Source: a virus
Reading direction: 5' to 3' (one strand)
IMG/VR virus record: IMGVR_UViG_3300025874_000005
Span: 32,001-96,000 of that record
DNA: 64,000 nucleotides
The notes beneath the pieces are model-generated. The model was not told the origin of the DNA. It saw only the letters and a list, made by a program, of their open reading frames with translations, and searched no databases. Every line of letters begins with the position of its first letter. Position 1 is the stretch's first letter. Made by a program: the position numbers and the translations under genes. Of this stretch, positions 10,151-20,201 are shown piece after piece.

Positions 10151-10774
10151 ATGAAAATAAGCTACGCTATAACAGTTTGTAATGAAGCTGTAGAAATACA
10201 AAGATTAATATCATTTCTCCTAGAAAATAAAAGAAGTGAAGATGAAGTAGTAGTACTATTTGATTCTAAAAACGGAACTAACACTGTTGAAGAATATTTA
10301 AGATCTCATTCTATTAATGGTGAATTTATTTGGCATAAAAAAGAATTTGAAGGACATTTTGCTGATTGGAAAAATTATTTAACTTCTTTATGTGATGGTG
10401 ATTTTATATTTCAAATTGATGCTGATGAAATACCCCATCAAACTTTAATTGAATACCTCCCAGAAATTATTGATAGTAATCCTAAAAATGAAGTAATCAG
10501 AGTACCAAGGGTAAATACAGTACATGGTTTAACTGAAGAATATGAAAGACAGTGGGGTTGGAGAGTAAATGCTTTAGGTTGGGTTAATTGGCCTGATTTT
10601 CAATGGAGAATTTATAAAAATCACCCTAAAATTAAATGGGTTAATAAAGTACATGAAGTATTAGAAGGTTATGATACATGGTCTAACCTAAATGAAGTTG
10701 AAGAATTTGCTTTATACCACCCAAAAGATATAGAAAGACAAGTAAAACAAAATAATTATTATAATACCCTCTAA
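10151..10774 (+). CDS. GT2-family glycosyltransferase
   Basis: ISYAITVCNE, FQIDADE (DxD), WVNKVHE. Confidence 0.88.
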   Translation: MKISYAITVCNEAVEIQRLISFLLENKRSEDEVVVLFDSKNGTNTVEEYLRSHSINGEFIWHKKEFEGHFADWKNYLTSLCDGDFIFQIDADEIPHQTLIEYLPEIIDSNPKNEVIRVPRVNTVHGLTEEYERQWGWRVNALGWVNWPDFQWRIYKNHPKIKWVNKVHEVLEGYDTWSNLNEVEEFALYHPKDIERQVKQNNYYNTL

Positions 10775-10775
10775 T

Positions 10776-11600
10776 ATGAAAATAGGAATAATAGGACAAG
10801 GTTTTGTTGGTAATGCAATTTATCAAAAGTTTAGTAAATATTATGATGTTAAAACATATGATATTAAAGGTATGATTCATTGTAATAGTAGTGAACAAGA
10901 AACATTAGATAACGAAATAGTATTTATATGTTTACCAACACCAATGAGTGCAGAAGGTAATTGCCATACAGATATCGTTGAAGCAGCTATTAAACGTGTA
11001 TTTGAATTTGGAGTTGCTAAAACAGTAGTTATTAAATCAACTGTACCCCCAGGTACGTGTGCAAAATGGAATAAGCAATTTAATTCACTTGATGTTGTAT
11101 TTAATCCTGAGTTTTTAACTGAAGCAAATGCTGTGCAGGATTTTGAAAACCAAACTAGAATTATATTAGGAGGACCAAGACCTGCTACTACTAAATTAAA
11201 ACAACTATATTCTAAAGTATTTCCTAAAGCAGCTATTGTTAAAACAGATTCATCATATGCTGAAATGGTCAAATATGTTACTAATAGTTTTCTAGCAACT
11301 AAAGTATCATTTGCAAATGAAATGTATCAAATATGCGGTGCTTTAGATATTGATTATGATAAAGTTGTAGAATATGCTACATATGATGAAAGATTAGGTA
11401 AATCACATTGGAATACACCAGGACCTGATGGAGACTTTGGATATGGTGGGCATTGTTTCCCAAAGGATGTTAAAGCATTAATTCATTTAGCAGAAGAATT
11501 GGAATTGCATCCAACTATGTTAAGAGCCACCGATAAGAAAAACAATGTGGTTCGAAAAAATAGGGATTGGGAAAAAATGAAAGGAAGAGCAATTATATAA
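10776..11600 (+). CDS. ugd: UDP-glucose/GDP-mannose dehydrogenase family (short form)
   Basis: GQGFVG, ICLPTP, IKSTVPPG, NPEFL, catalytic GYGGHCFPKD. Confidence 0.88.
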   Translation: MKIGIIGQGFVGNAIYQKFSKYYDVKTYDIKGMIHCNSSEQETLDNEIVFICLPTPMSAEGNCHTDIVEAAIKRVFEFGVAKTVVIKSTVPPGTCAKWNKQFNSLDVVFNPEFLTEANAVQDFENQTRIILGGPRPATTKLKQLYSKVFPKAAIVKTDSSYAEMVKYVTNSFLATKVSFANEMYQICGALDIDYDKVVEYATYDERLGKSHWNTPGPDGDFGYGGHCFPKDVKALIHLAEELELHPTMLRATDKKNNVVRKNRDWEKMKGRAII

Positions 11601-11611
11601 TTATTAAAAAA

Positions 11612-12640
11612 ATGGACAAACAAAAAACAGTATTAATTACAGGAGTAGCAGGACTACTAGGAAGTAGATTAGCAGATTGGATTATTGAAAACAAACCAGA
11701 ATATAAAGTAGTAGGTATTGATGATTTAAGTGGTGGTTTTGAAGAAAACATTAACCCAAAAGTAGATTTTTGGACAATGAACCTTACAGAACATCCAATT
11801 GAAAATTGTTTTGAAGTAAATAATTTTGATTATGTATTTCATTTTGCTGCTTATGCTGCTGAAGGATTATCTCCATTTATTCGTTGCTACAACTATGATA
11901 ATAACTTAAAATCTACAGCCCGCATAGTTAATGAGTGTATAAAACACGACGTTAAAAGACTGGTATTCACGTCAACTCTCGCAGTATATGGGCATGGTGA
12001 TGGTGGAATATTTGATGAATCCCAAAGACAATCTCCAATTGATCCTTATGGTGTAGCTAAATATGCTTGTGAAATGGATATTCAAATTGCTGGAGAACAG
12101 CATGGTTTAGATTGGTGTATTGTTAGACCCCACAATGTATATGGTATTAAACAAAATATTTGGGATAAGTATAGAAATGTATTAGGTATTTGGATGTATC
12201 AACATTTAAATGGTATGCCTATGACCATATTTGGTGATGGTGAACAAACACGAGCCTTTAGTTTTATAGACGATTCTCTTGAACCTTTATTTAATGCTGC
12301 TGTTAGACCCGAAGCTAGTAATGAAATTATTAATTTAGGGGGTATTGAAGAAATTTCAATAAATGATGCTAATAAGCTTTTATGTAAAGTAATAGGTGAA
12401 GATGCTGAAGTTCAACATTTAGAGGGTAGACATGAAGTAAAACACTCAATTCCAACTTACCAAAAATCAATAGATATATTAGGGTTTAAATACAAAACCT
12501 CAATGATTGATGGTTTAACCCAAATGTGGGAATGGGCTAAAGAACAACCTATGAGAAATAGATTTGTATGGCCAAGTTATGAATTAGAAAAAGGAATATA
12601 TAGTTTTTGGAAAAATGAAACTAAAAAATCTAATAAATAA
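11612..12640 (+). CDS. NAD-dependent NDP-sugar epimerase/dehydratase
   Basis: ITGVAGLLG, YGVAK, RPHNVYG. Start moved to ATG 11612. Confidence 0.9.
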   Translation: MDKQKTVLITGVAGLLGSRLADWIIENKPEYKVVGIDDLSGGFEENINPKVDFWTMNLTEHPIENCFEVNNFDYVFHFAAYAAEGLSPFIRCYNYDNNLKSTARIVNECIKHDVKRLVFTSTLAVYGHGDGGIFDESQRQSPIDPYGVAKYACEMDIQIAGEQHGLDWCIVRPHNVYGIKQNIWDKYRNVLGIWMYQHLNGMPMTIFGDGEQTRAFSFIDDSLEPLFNAAVRPEASNEIINLGGIEEISINDANKLLCKVIGEDAEVQHLEGRHEVKHSIPTYQKSIDILGFKYKTSMIDGLTQMWEWAKEQPMRNRFVWPSYELEKGIYSFWKNETKKSNK

Positions 12641-13406
12641 AAGCCATTATTGTACTATAGGCCATATAGGCAGTGAAAGCGATCTACAACTCCATGAAAG
12701 GTACATACTATACAATCTCCCAGTACTAAAAGAGTACAAGGGTCATATAGTAGTAACTAACTATTCAGGAAATTTCCGAAAAGAAAATAATACTTTGTGG
12801 AAAAAGTACTTCCCAGATTGTATAATTTTAGATTTGGGAATGAATAGGGGCCATTCATTTGGGATAGCAGACCAGGAAAATGCTATAATTGATTATTGTC
12901 ACGCTAAAGATATAAAATGGATATGTAAATCTTCTTATGATGTAGTATTCCAACCTACCATATTAGATATTGAAATTGATGATAGTGAATTTTATTATAT
13001 GAATGGTATTGGTTTTGGGGGAATGGAAAAATATAATTTTGATTTAGATAAAATAGCTAAAGAAGATTTTTATCCACAAACAAACTTTTATTTTATAGAT
13101 ACGACTAAAGTAGATTATCTCTACGATAAAGAATATGTTGATGATACTTACAATTTTATTCAAAATTTAGAAAATTATAGTGGTAGAGTCTGGGAATATA
13201 TTGAAGGATGGACTTGTGAAGATTTTCTAAAAGAATGTGTAATTAGAAATAATCTTTCAAAATATCATTTGGTTTCTAATAAAAGTTATCGTATATTATT
13301 GGAAACAATAAAAAAACAACAAATACACGATTGTAGTCACAAAAACATCATGATAGAAGGAATATGTCATTTCCAACATCTTAACCAAAATATTTTAATT
13401 ATATGA
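12615..13406 (+). CDS. Hypothetical protein in glycan cluster, possible glycosyltransferase
   Basis: Gene context; NRGHSFG and KSSYD motifs reminiscent of GT-A fold. Confidence 0.55.
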   Translation: MKLKNLINKSHYCTIGHIGSESDLQLHERYILYNLPVLKEYKGHIVVTNYSGNFRKENNTLWKKYFPDCIILDLGMNRGHSFGIADQENAIIDYCHAKDIKWICKSSYDVVFQPTILDIEIDDSEFYYMNGIGFGGMEKYNFDLDKIAKEDFYPQTNFYFIDTTKVDYLYDKEYVDDTYNFIQNLENYSGRVWEYIEGWTCEDFLKECVIRNNLSKYHLVSNKSYRILLETIKKQQIHDCSHKNIMIEGICHFQHLNQNILII

Positions 13407-14002
13407 TAGTAAATTTAGAACAACTAGTAAATGATCTTTACAGAACCCCATCGGATATTAATGAACATATCCCTACAATAATCAAATTATCTCAAGAATG
13501 TGACCATATTACAGAAATGGGTGTAAGAGGAATTTTTTCAACTTGGGGGTGGTTAGCAGGTATGCCCAAAAAAGGTTTATATTGTTATGATCTTTTAAAT
13601 CCTGATAAATGGGGGGGAGATATTAATAATGTTTATGATACTGCTGAAGCATTAAATATTCCTTTTAAATTTACACAAGCTGATGTATTGGAAATTGATA
13701 TTGAAGAAACAGATTTATTATTTATTGATACCTGGCATCGTTATGAACAATTAACAGAAGAACTAAAAACACACTCAGATAAAGTAAAAAAATATATCTG
13801 TTTTCATGATACTACAACTTATGCTCATCGAGGAGAAGCAATGTCTTCTGAAGGTGGTGAAAATTGGCATGGTAAGCCTTTATCAAAAGATAAAGGTTTA
13901 TGGGATGCTGTTACTGAATTTTTAGATAATAATAAAGATAGTTGGGAATTAGTTAAAAGATATGAAAATAATAATGGGTTTACAATTATAAAACGTAAAT
14001 GA
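13403..14002 (+). CDS. Class I SAM methyltransferase (Methyltransf_24-like)
   Basis: EMGVRGIFS, DLLFIDTWH, ICFHDT. Confidence 0.82.
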   Translation: MIVNLEQLVNDLYRTPSDINEHIPTIIKLSQECDHITEMGVRGIFSTWGWLAGMPKKGLYCYDLLNPDKWGGDINNVYDTAEALNIPFKFTQADVLEIDIEETDLLFIDTWHRYEQLTEELKTHSDKVKKYICFHDTTTYAHRGEAMSSEGGENWHGKPLSKDKGLWDAVTEFLDNNKDSWELVKRYENNNGFTIIKRK

Positions 14003-14697
14003 AAGTAATATATAGAATATCAGACGCAGGCTATAATAAAATAAAACCAGACTATATCAATAATGAAAAATGTTTGGCAAATGCTATAAAAGTATTTAAA
14101 GATGCTGAGTGGTCTGTAATTGCAGACAATATATCAGAAGAGACTAATAGTATGATTCAACAATATATACCCCGCAGTTATATTTACTATGTTAATGAAG
14201 GTAATGGTGCCCGTACATTTAATATAGCTTTAGATGAAGCTATAATGAGTGATGATGATGATGAAATTATTTATTTTTTAGAGAATGATTATTTACATAA
14301 ACTAGATTCACAAAAAATATTAGAAGAAGGATTTAAGTTAGGGGCATCATTTGTATCACTATATGACCACCCAGATAAATATTTACCGCCTAATAAAGGA
14401 GGAAATCCTTATTGTGAGGGTGGAGCTGAAGACACAAGAGTATATTTAACTGATAGTTGTCATTGGAAGATTACAAATAGTACAACAATGACATTTGCTG
14501 CTAAAGTATCTACTTTAAGGGTTAATGAAGATATTATACGCAAACATACTAATACTGCTCACCCTAATGACTTTGGTATGTTTTTAGAATTAAGAGAAAA
14601 AAATCAACTATTAATAACTTCAATCCCGGGTTATTCAACTCATGGTGAAACACAGTGGTTATCACCATTAAATGATTGGAAAAAAACATCAATTTAG
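13999..14697 (+). CDS. GT-A fold glycosyltransferase
   Basis: IIYFLENDYLH, SLYDHPDKY; gene context. Confidence 0.72.
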   Translation: MKVIYRISDAGYNKIKPDYINNEKCLANAIKVFKDAEWSVIADNISEETNSMIQQYIPRSYIYYVNEGNGARTFNIALDEAIMSDDDDEIIYFLENDYLHKLDSQKILEEGFKLGASFVSLYDHPDKYLPPNKGGNPYCEGGAEDTRVYLTDSCHWKITNSTTMTFAAKVSTLRVNEDIIRKHTNTAHPNDFGMFLELREKNQLLITSIPGYSTHGETQWLSPLNDWKKTSI

Positions 14698-14705
14698 AAT
14701 AAAAT

Positions 14706-15500
14706 ATGATCAGCATAATAATACCAACTTACAGGAATCCTGCTTACTTAGATCTATGTCTATTTTCAGCAATCGATCAACAAGGTTTTGATAATGAAAT
14801 AATTGTTGTTGTAGATGGTTTTATTGAAGAAAGTCAAGAAGTACTAGACAAATACAAAGATAATATTAAAGTATTGGATTTGGGTGAAAACCAAGGAATG
14901 CAACAGGCCCTTAATTTAGGGGTTATGAATGCTACCAATGAACTTATTTTAATAGTAAATGATGATAATGTTTTTTGTAAAGATTATGATTTAGCTGTAT
15001 TAACTATATCTGATAAAGAAAAAACAGTATTGACTTTAAACCAAATTGAACCTATAGGACCCGGTATATTTCATTTCCCAGTTAATAACTTTGGAAGAAA
15101 CCCCAGTGAATTTGAATATGATGAATTTATTAAGTATGAAAATGTAATTAAAAAAGATGAATTAACTCTTGATGGGGGTATTTTTCCATTCGCGATGCAT
15201 AAAAAATATTATATGGCAGCTGGAGGATTTGATACAATGTATCAATCCCCATTTATATGTGATTGGGATTTCTTTCTAAAATTAGATTTGATGGGTTTAG
15301 GATTTGTTAGAACTCATAATGCTCATTTATATCATTTTGGAAGTACAGCGACTAAAAATGGTAAAGAAAGTGAAAAATTTAGAGCAACAGAAAACCCAGC
15401 TGCTGAAATGTTTAAATATAAATGGGGAATGGTTCCTAACCTATATGAAAACAATTCTCACCGTCCTAAAGGTGTTCGTATTAAAGGAATTATATTTTAA
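14706..15500 (+). CDS. GT2-family glycosyltransferase
   Basis: ISIIIPTYR, IVVVDG, VNDDN, GGFD, DWDF. Confidence 0.92.
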   Translation: MISIIIPTYRNPAYLDLCLFSAIDQQGFDNEIIVVVDGFIEESQEVLDKYKDNIKVLDLGENQGMQQALNLGVMNATNELILIVNDDNVFCKDYDLAVLTISDKEKTVLTLNQIEPIGPGIFHFPVNNFGRNPSEFEYDEFIKYENVIKKDELTLDGGIFPFAMHKKYYMAAGGFDTMYQSPFICDWDFFLKLDLMGLGFVRTHNAHLYHFGSTATKNGKESEKFRATENPAAEMFKYKWGMVPNLYENNSHRPKGVRIKGIIF

Positions 15501-15526
15501 ATATTTATAATCGAACCTATAAAACC

Positions 15527-15871
15527 ATGCTAAAGATGAAAGAAAAAGATAAAATGGATAAAGTAGTTAAAAGAGAGGTTGTAAATATAGAATTAGATTG
15601 GGATAATGAACAGGATTTAATTGAGTTGGGGGATAACGAAGTATTTGTTGATTTTATACTAGAAGAAAGTTTAAAAGCAATAGTTGATGCTTTAAAAAAT
15701 AATAAAGAGAAGGCAGAATTATTTAATGTGTTTAATATGTCTGTTATTATAGAATTAAAAAAACCCCAATTTAAAACAGTTTTGGAAAAAGTCAACCGTA
15801 TGCTTATTAAAAATGAAGAATACGAAAGATGTAATGAGTTGAAAAAATTAATAAAAAAACATAACTTATGA
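15527..15871 (+). CDS. Hypothetical protein with C-terminal UVR-like motif
   Basis: NEEYERCNELKK; preceded by ATATTTATAA at 15501. Confidence 0.65.
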   Translation: MLKMKEKDKMDKVVKREVVNIELDWDNEQDLIELGDNEVFVDFILEESLKAIVDALKNNKEKAELFNVFNMSVIIELKKPQFKTVLEKVNRMLIKNEEYERCNELKKLIKKHNL

Positions 15872-16026
15872 AAAAATACAAATATTACTCTTTAAACGAT
15901 AAAACTAAAGAAAAAATAGGAAGTTGTTGGGCTGAAGATATAAATGAAGCATTTTTAATAGCTAGTAGAATGAAAAAATTACCTTTAGACCAATTCAAAA
16001 AATTATTCACAGTCGAATTAATATAA
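15868..16026 (+). CDS. Small hypothetical protein (52 aa, not in ORF track)
   Basis: MKKYKYYSLND...TVELI; exactly fills the gap with an ATGA overlap. Confidence 0.7.
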   Translation: MKKYKYYSLNDKTKEKIGSCWAEDINEAFLIASRMKKLPLDQFKKLFTVELI

Positions 16027-16027
16027 T

Positions 16028-16417
16028 ATGAATACAGGGAATGATGGATTAAAAAAACTATTTAAAATAGTTCTGGGTACAGAAGTTAATATTAAAGATA
16101 ATATTGATGTAACTGAAGAATTAGTATTTATAGGATTAATTACAAGGTTAGAAGAATCCGAAAAAATGGAACATACCGTGTTTCAAACTAGCGGTATAGA
16201 TTTAAGTAAAGTAACAGATGGGTTATGGTTTGTTATAGAAAATCAAATGAGAATGTTATATGGTCCTGAAGCATCAGAATTGATTCAATGGTACATATAT
16301 GACAGATTTAACCCTGATGGTAGTATAGTACCTTTAGAAGGTCCCCATGAAAAATTATTTATACTTAAGGAGCCAAAAGATTTATGGTCTTACATAAGAT
16401 ACAAATCCATAAAATAA
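16028..16417 (+). CDS. Hypothetical protein
   Basis: 129-aa ORF. Confidence 0.75.
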   Translation: MNTGNDGLKKLFKIVLGTEVNIKDNIDVTEELVFIGLITRLEESEKMEHTVFQTSGIDLSKVTDGLWFVIENQMRMLYGPEASELIQWYIYDRFNPDGSIVPLEGPHEKLFILKEPKDLWSYIRYKSIK

Positions 16418-16449
16418 TTTGGATATCTAACATCCTTTTCGTATATTTA
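16418..16449 (+). promoter_or_regulatory. Core promoter copy
   Basis: TTTGG-N19-TATATTTA. Confidence 0.75.
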
Positions 16450-16494
16450 CACGTAAATAGTTTATAATTATAGTGTAAATTAAATATAACTTTA

Positions 16495-16746
16495 ATGAAA
16501 TTAAAAATGATATCATGCATCGCATGTAAAGAACCTATGCCTGAATTAAGGTTAACTAAATATGGGTATAAATCATGCGTAGAATGCTCGACTGTAGGCG
16601 CATATAAGGCAGTAAGCATGCAACACGGCAAAGGTGACCACACATGGAATGATATCCAAATTATGACACCTGAACAAATGGAAAGGTATAGTAAAGTTGA
16701 AAAACAAAAAGCAAAATTAGATTCATATAATAATTTAGATGCCTAA
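16495..16746 (+). CDS. DksA/TraR-type C4 zinc-finger protein
   Basis: CIACKEPMPELRL...CVEC. Confidence 0.7.
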   Translation: MKLKMISCIACKEPMPELRLTKYGYKSCVECSTVGAYKAVSMQHGKGDHTWNDIQIMTPEQMERYSKVEKQKAKLDSYNNLDA

Positions 16747-17365
16747 AGCAAGACCACTTACTAAAGAACTTATTCTAGCTGCAATGGCTAAGACAAAATC
16801 AAACATGGCAGCTGCTAGATATTTGAATTGTTCTTACCAGCATTATAAAAAATGGGCTAAGTTCTATGAAAGTGAAACTCATGATAGTTTATTTGAACAA
16901 CATAAAAACCAATCAGGTAAAGGCATACCTAAATTTTTAAGAATTGGTGGGAAAGAACCGGCATTGTTAGATATCATTGAAGGGAGAGCAAACGCATCAT
17001 CTTTCACTCCAGCTAAGATTAAATATAGACTTATTACTGAGGGGTATTTGGAAGAAAAATGTGCTAATTGTGGTTTTGAAGAACGTAGGGTATTAGATTA
17101 TAAAATGCCTTTATTATTACATTTTAAAGATAATAATAAAAAAAATTATAAGTTAGATAATATAGAATTGTTATGTTACAATCATTACTTTTTAACAGTG
17201 GGTGATATTTTTAGTGATAAACAGGTAGAAGGTATTGAAGATCATAAACCAGTAAATCAAGGGAAGGTGGAATGGGAAGTTGATGATTATCATCTTCAAC
17301 GTTTAAAAGAATTAGGGTTAGACCCAAATGATGAGGATGAATATGATATAATTTCAAGAATATAA
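16739..17365 (+). CDS. HNH-like endonuclease/DNA-binding protein
   Basis: N-terminal HTH-like AAARYLNCSY; CANCG...LHFKDNNKKN..LDNIELLCYNH. Confidence 0.7.
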   Translation: MPKARPLTKELILAAMAKTKSNMAAARYLNCSYQHYKKWAKFYESETHDSLFEQHKNQSGKGIPKFLRIGGKEPALLDIIEGRANASSFTPAKIKYRLITEGYLEEKCANCGFEERRVLDYKMPLLLHFKDNNKKNYKLDNIELLCYNHYFLTVGDIFSDKQVEGIEDHKPVNQGKVEWEVDDYHLQRLKELGLDPNDEDEYDIISRI

Positions 17366-17541
17366 TGGCTAAAAAAACAAGAAATATTAAAAGGTCAAAA
17401 CATGACAAACTTGTTAATGACTATGATAAACAAAAAGAAAAACATCTAGAACGTTTAGCAAATAAAATGTTAAAAGATGAAGATAAAAAGGAGAGATTAA
17501 GAAGTAAAACAATTAAAGGAGATTTTTTAAACAAATTTTAA
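17365..17541 (+). CDS. Small basic hypothetical protein (58 aa)
   Basis: MAKKTRNIKRSKHDK...FLNKF; TAATG coupling to the upstream gene. Confidence 0.65.
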   Translation: MAKKTRNIKRSKHDKLVNDYDKQKEKHLERLANKMLKDEDKKERLRSKTIKGDFLNKF

Positions 17542-17544
17542 GTT

Positions 17545-18105
17545 ATGAAACTATTTAAGTACAATGAAAGCCAATTGAAGTATGAACCTTTTAGTTCAAC
17601 ATCAATATTTTTAAAATTAGCAATAATATTTTTTAGTGCCTTCCTATTTTTAGGATTAGCTAATTCCCCTGTAGTAGAATATGTAATTGAAACTGAAGAT
17701 ATACTTTTAGTAGAGACAACAGATGAATTTAGTGAGGACAAATTAATAGAAAATATTCAAAAATTAAATTTCAAATTTCCTCATATTGTGTTAGCTCAGT
17801 CAATTCTAGAAACAGGACACTATGATTCAAAAATATTTAAAGAGAATCATAATTTATTTGGTATGAAAGAAGCACGAGTTAGACTTAATTTAGCTAAAGG
17901 TACTCAATTTGGTCATGCTTATTATGAAAGTTGGGAAGAGTCACTTACAGATTATGCTTTATGGTATTCAACATATGCTTATAAATGTAAAACAGAAAAA
18001 CAATTATATAAATTATTAGATAAGCAATATGCTGAAGCCGCGGCATATGTATCAATGTTACAAGAAATAGTATTGATTAATAACTTAAAAGAAAAATTCG
18101 AATAA
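17545..18105 (+). CDS. Glucosaminidase (GH73/FlgJ-like) peptidoglycan hydrolase with N-terminal membrane anchor
   Basis: VLAQSILETG, HNLFGMK, YESWEES, YAE; hydrophobic segment at about residues 20-40. Confidence 0.85.
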   Translation: MKLFKYNESQLKYEPFSSTSIFLKLAIIFFSAFLFLGLANSPVVEYVIETEDILLVETTDEFSEDKLIENIQKLNFKFPHIVLAQSILETGHYDSKIFKENHNLFGMKEARVRLNLAKGTQFGHAYYESWEESLTDYALWYSTYAYKCKTEKQLYKLLDKQYAEAAAYVSMLQEIVLINNLKEKFE

Positions 18106-18106
18106 A

Positions 18107-18244
18107 ATGGCTAAAATGGTATCATTCACCCACAGGGGGAGTGCAAAGAAAAAGCGTCCAGGTGTTCACGCTAAAACAAAAACATCAAAATCAAAAAATA
18201 GTGTTAATTATAGAAAGGCCTATAGAGGGCAAGGTAAAATTTAA
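18107..18244 (+). CDS. Small basic peptide (45 aa) ending YRGQG
   Basis: KKKRPGVHAK...RKAYRGQGKI. Confidence 0.65.
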   Translation: MAKMVSFTHRGSAKKKRPGVHAKTKTSKSKNSVNYRKAYRGQGKI

Positions 18245-18259
18245 AAATGTAGAAAGATT

Positions 18260-18382
18260 ATGTCAAAGAATTCAATGAAACAAACAGTAGACCAGAGTAT
18301 GTTGTGGAGAAACTGGATGATTAATAAAGGAAGTCTGAAAATTGTAAAAAAATCTAAACCACTATATACTGTAAACAGATAA
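18260..18382 (+). CDS. Small hypothetical protein (40 aa)
   Basis: Gap-filling ORF. Confidence 0.4.
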   Translation: MSKNSMKQTVDQSMLWRNWMINKGSLKIVKKSKPLYTVNR

Positions 18383-18518
18383 ATGTTAAAAACACCAACC
18401 AACCATTTTGAACACTTTGATGATGAAATATTATTGGAAATGGCAATGTTTTATCCAATACAGTTAAGAAAAATGTGTGTATTAATTAGTTTAGACCAAC
18501 AATTGGAAAAGGAAAGTT

Positions 18519-19265
18519 ATGAAAAAGTTAAAAGTAGTAGTAGTAGGGGAAACTTGTGTTGATAAATTTATCTATTGTAAAATTAATAGATTATCTCCTG
18601 AAGCACCTGTACCAGTTTTAATACCAACCCACACTGAAGTAAACCCAGGCATGTCAGGAAATACTTGTGCTAATATTAAGGCATTAGATCCAAGCTCACA
18701 AGTTATACATTTTTCAAACTTAAAACAAATAACTAAAACTAGGTATGTTGAAGGGAAAACAAACCATATGTTTTTAAGAGTTGATGAAGGTGATAGTAAA
18801 ATTGAATCTTTTAAGTGGAGTAATGACTATAAACATTTTATTAAAGAAGCTGATGTTGTTATCGTAAGTGATTATGATAAGGGATATTTAACAGATTTAG
18901 ATTTAATAAAAATTGCTACACATTCAAGACTATCTATCCTAGACAGCAAACGTAAACTTACAGATAAAGTTATAAATTCTTTTAATTTTGTTAAACTAAA
19001 TGAAGAAGAATGGGAAAACAATTATGGATTAGATGATAAAAATATTATTGTAACTTTAGGTGCTAAGGGTTCAATGTACATGGGAGAAATATTCCCATCT
19101 AATAACCCACAAGAAACAATTGATGTTAGTGGTGCTGGTGACACATTTACAGCTGCATTTGCTATATCATATGTAACAGCCCCATCTGTTCCTAATGCTA
19201 TTAAATATGCTAATACAGTGGCGTCTAAAGTCGTTAGTAAACGAGGAGTAAAGACTCCCGCATAA
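18519..19265 (+). CDS. hldA: PfkB-family kinase, RfaE/HldE domain I (heptose-7-phosphate kinase)-like
   Basis: RLSPEAPVPV, TKTRY, LRVD, SDYDKG, DVSGAGDT. Confidence 0.85.
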   Translation: MKKLKVVVVGETCVDKFIYCKINRLSPEAPVPVLIPTHTEVNPGMSGNTCANIKALDPSSQVIHFSNLKQITKTRYVEGKTNHMFLRVDEGDSKIESFKWSNDYKHFIKEADVVIVSDYDKGYLTDLDLIKIATHSRLSILDSKRKLTDKVINSFNFVKLNEEEWENNYGLDDKNIIVTLGAKGSMYMGEIFPSNNPQETIDVSGAGDTFTAAFAISYVTAPSVPNAIKYANTVASKVVSKRGVKTPA

Positions 19266-19300
19266 ATATTTGGAGAAGCAAAAGAAGGTTCGTATATTTA
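19251..19300 (+). promoter_or_regulatory. Extended early promoter
   Basis: AAGACTCCCG box followed by TTTGGAGAAGC...TTCGTATATTTA. Confidence 0.8.
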
Positions 19301-19322
19301 GGTATAAATAAAGGTAACGCAT

Positions 19323-19763
19323 ATGGCACTCTGGAAATTTTCAAATTTAAATAAATACGGAAACATTAGGTCTAGGATTATTTATAGACCTGATGGTGAA
19401 GCATTTGGTTTTAATCCTAAAGGATTTGGTCCCTTTGTTAATGTACAAAGGTTCAAATATGAACATAAACATGAAATTATACCTCCGTCATTAGTAGAAT
19501 CAAATGGTAAAATGTATATTGTACCAACATGGAAAGAAGTTGATCCAAACACTACTTTAAATGATATTCAGTGGATTAGACCAAAAGTTAAAGTAACTAA
19601 ATCTGAAACTGTAGTTAAAATATCTAAAAGTAGTAGTAGTGATGCTGAGTATACTACGAAATACTACCCAGATTCAGGTAAATATCATTGTGATTGTCCT
19701 GGTACTTGGAGAACTAGAGGAAATTGTAAACACGTAAAACAAATGAGAAATGAGCAGGGGTAG
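19323..19763 (+). CDS. SWIM zinc-finger protein
   Basis: CDCPG...CKH. Confidence 0.78.
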   Translation: MALWKFSNLNKYGNIRSRIIYRPDGEAFGFNPKGFGPFVNVQRFKYEHKHEIIPPSLVESNGKMYIVPTWKEVDPNTTLNDIQWIRPKVKVTKSETVVKISKSSSSDAEYTTKYYPDSGKYHCDCPGTWRTRGNCKHVKQMRNEQG

Positions 19764-20172
19764 ACCATCAGAACAAACAGAACGTAGAACAAAATATGTT
19801 CTAGAATTTATTGATGTACCATCTAAACCAGAATTAGGTGGTAGACAGTTATGGCATTTTGATGATGCCAAACATAAAAATGGTCCTTGGAAAGTAGAAA
19901 ATTTTGAAGGTCCTGAAGAAAAAAAACTAAATAGTAAATTTAAACCAAAGATTCAAAAAGGTAAACCATATGGTAAACTACCAGTGGTTATGGTGTTTAA
20001 ATCATCAAATCGCTCAAATGCCGTAACTAAAATGAAAATTTGGAATAATGAAAATATAGATTATATTAACTCTGCTAAAAAACTCCCAGGTGTACCTGAT
20101 ACATCTATTATATTAGAATTGGGGGTAGGTAAAAACCTTATTAAAAAATGGCAATTAGAATATAATTTGTAA
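19750..20172 (+). CDS. Hypothetical protein (N-terminal RGRP AT-hook-like motif)
   Basis: MSRGRPS; 140-aa ORF. Confidence 0.7.
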   Translation: MSRGRPSEQTERRTKYVLEFIDVPSKPELGGRQLWHFDDAKHKNGPWKVENFEGPEEKKLNSKFKPKIQKGKPYGKLPVVMVFKSSNRSNAVTKMKIWNNENIDYINSAKKLPGVPDTSIILELGVGKNLIKKWQLEYNL

Positions 20173-20201
20173 TATTTATCAACGAATATAAATTAAACAA
20201 C

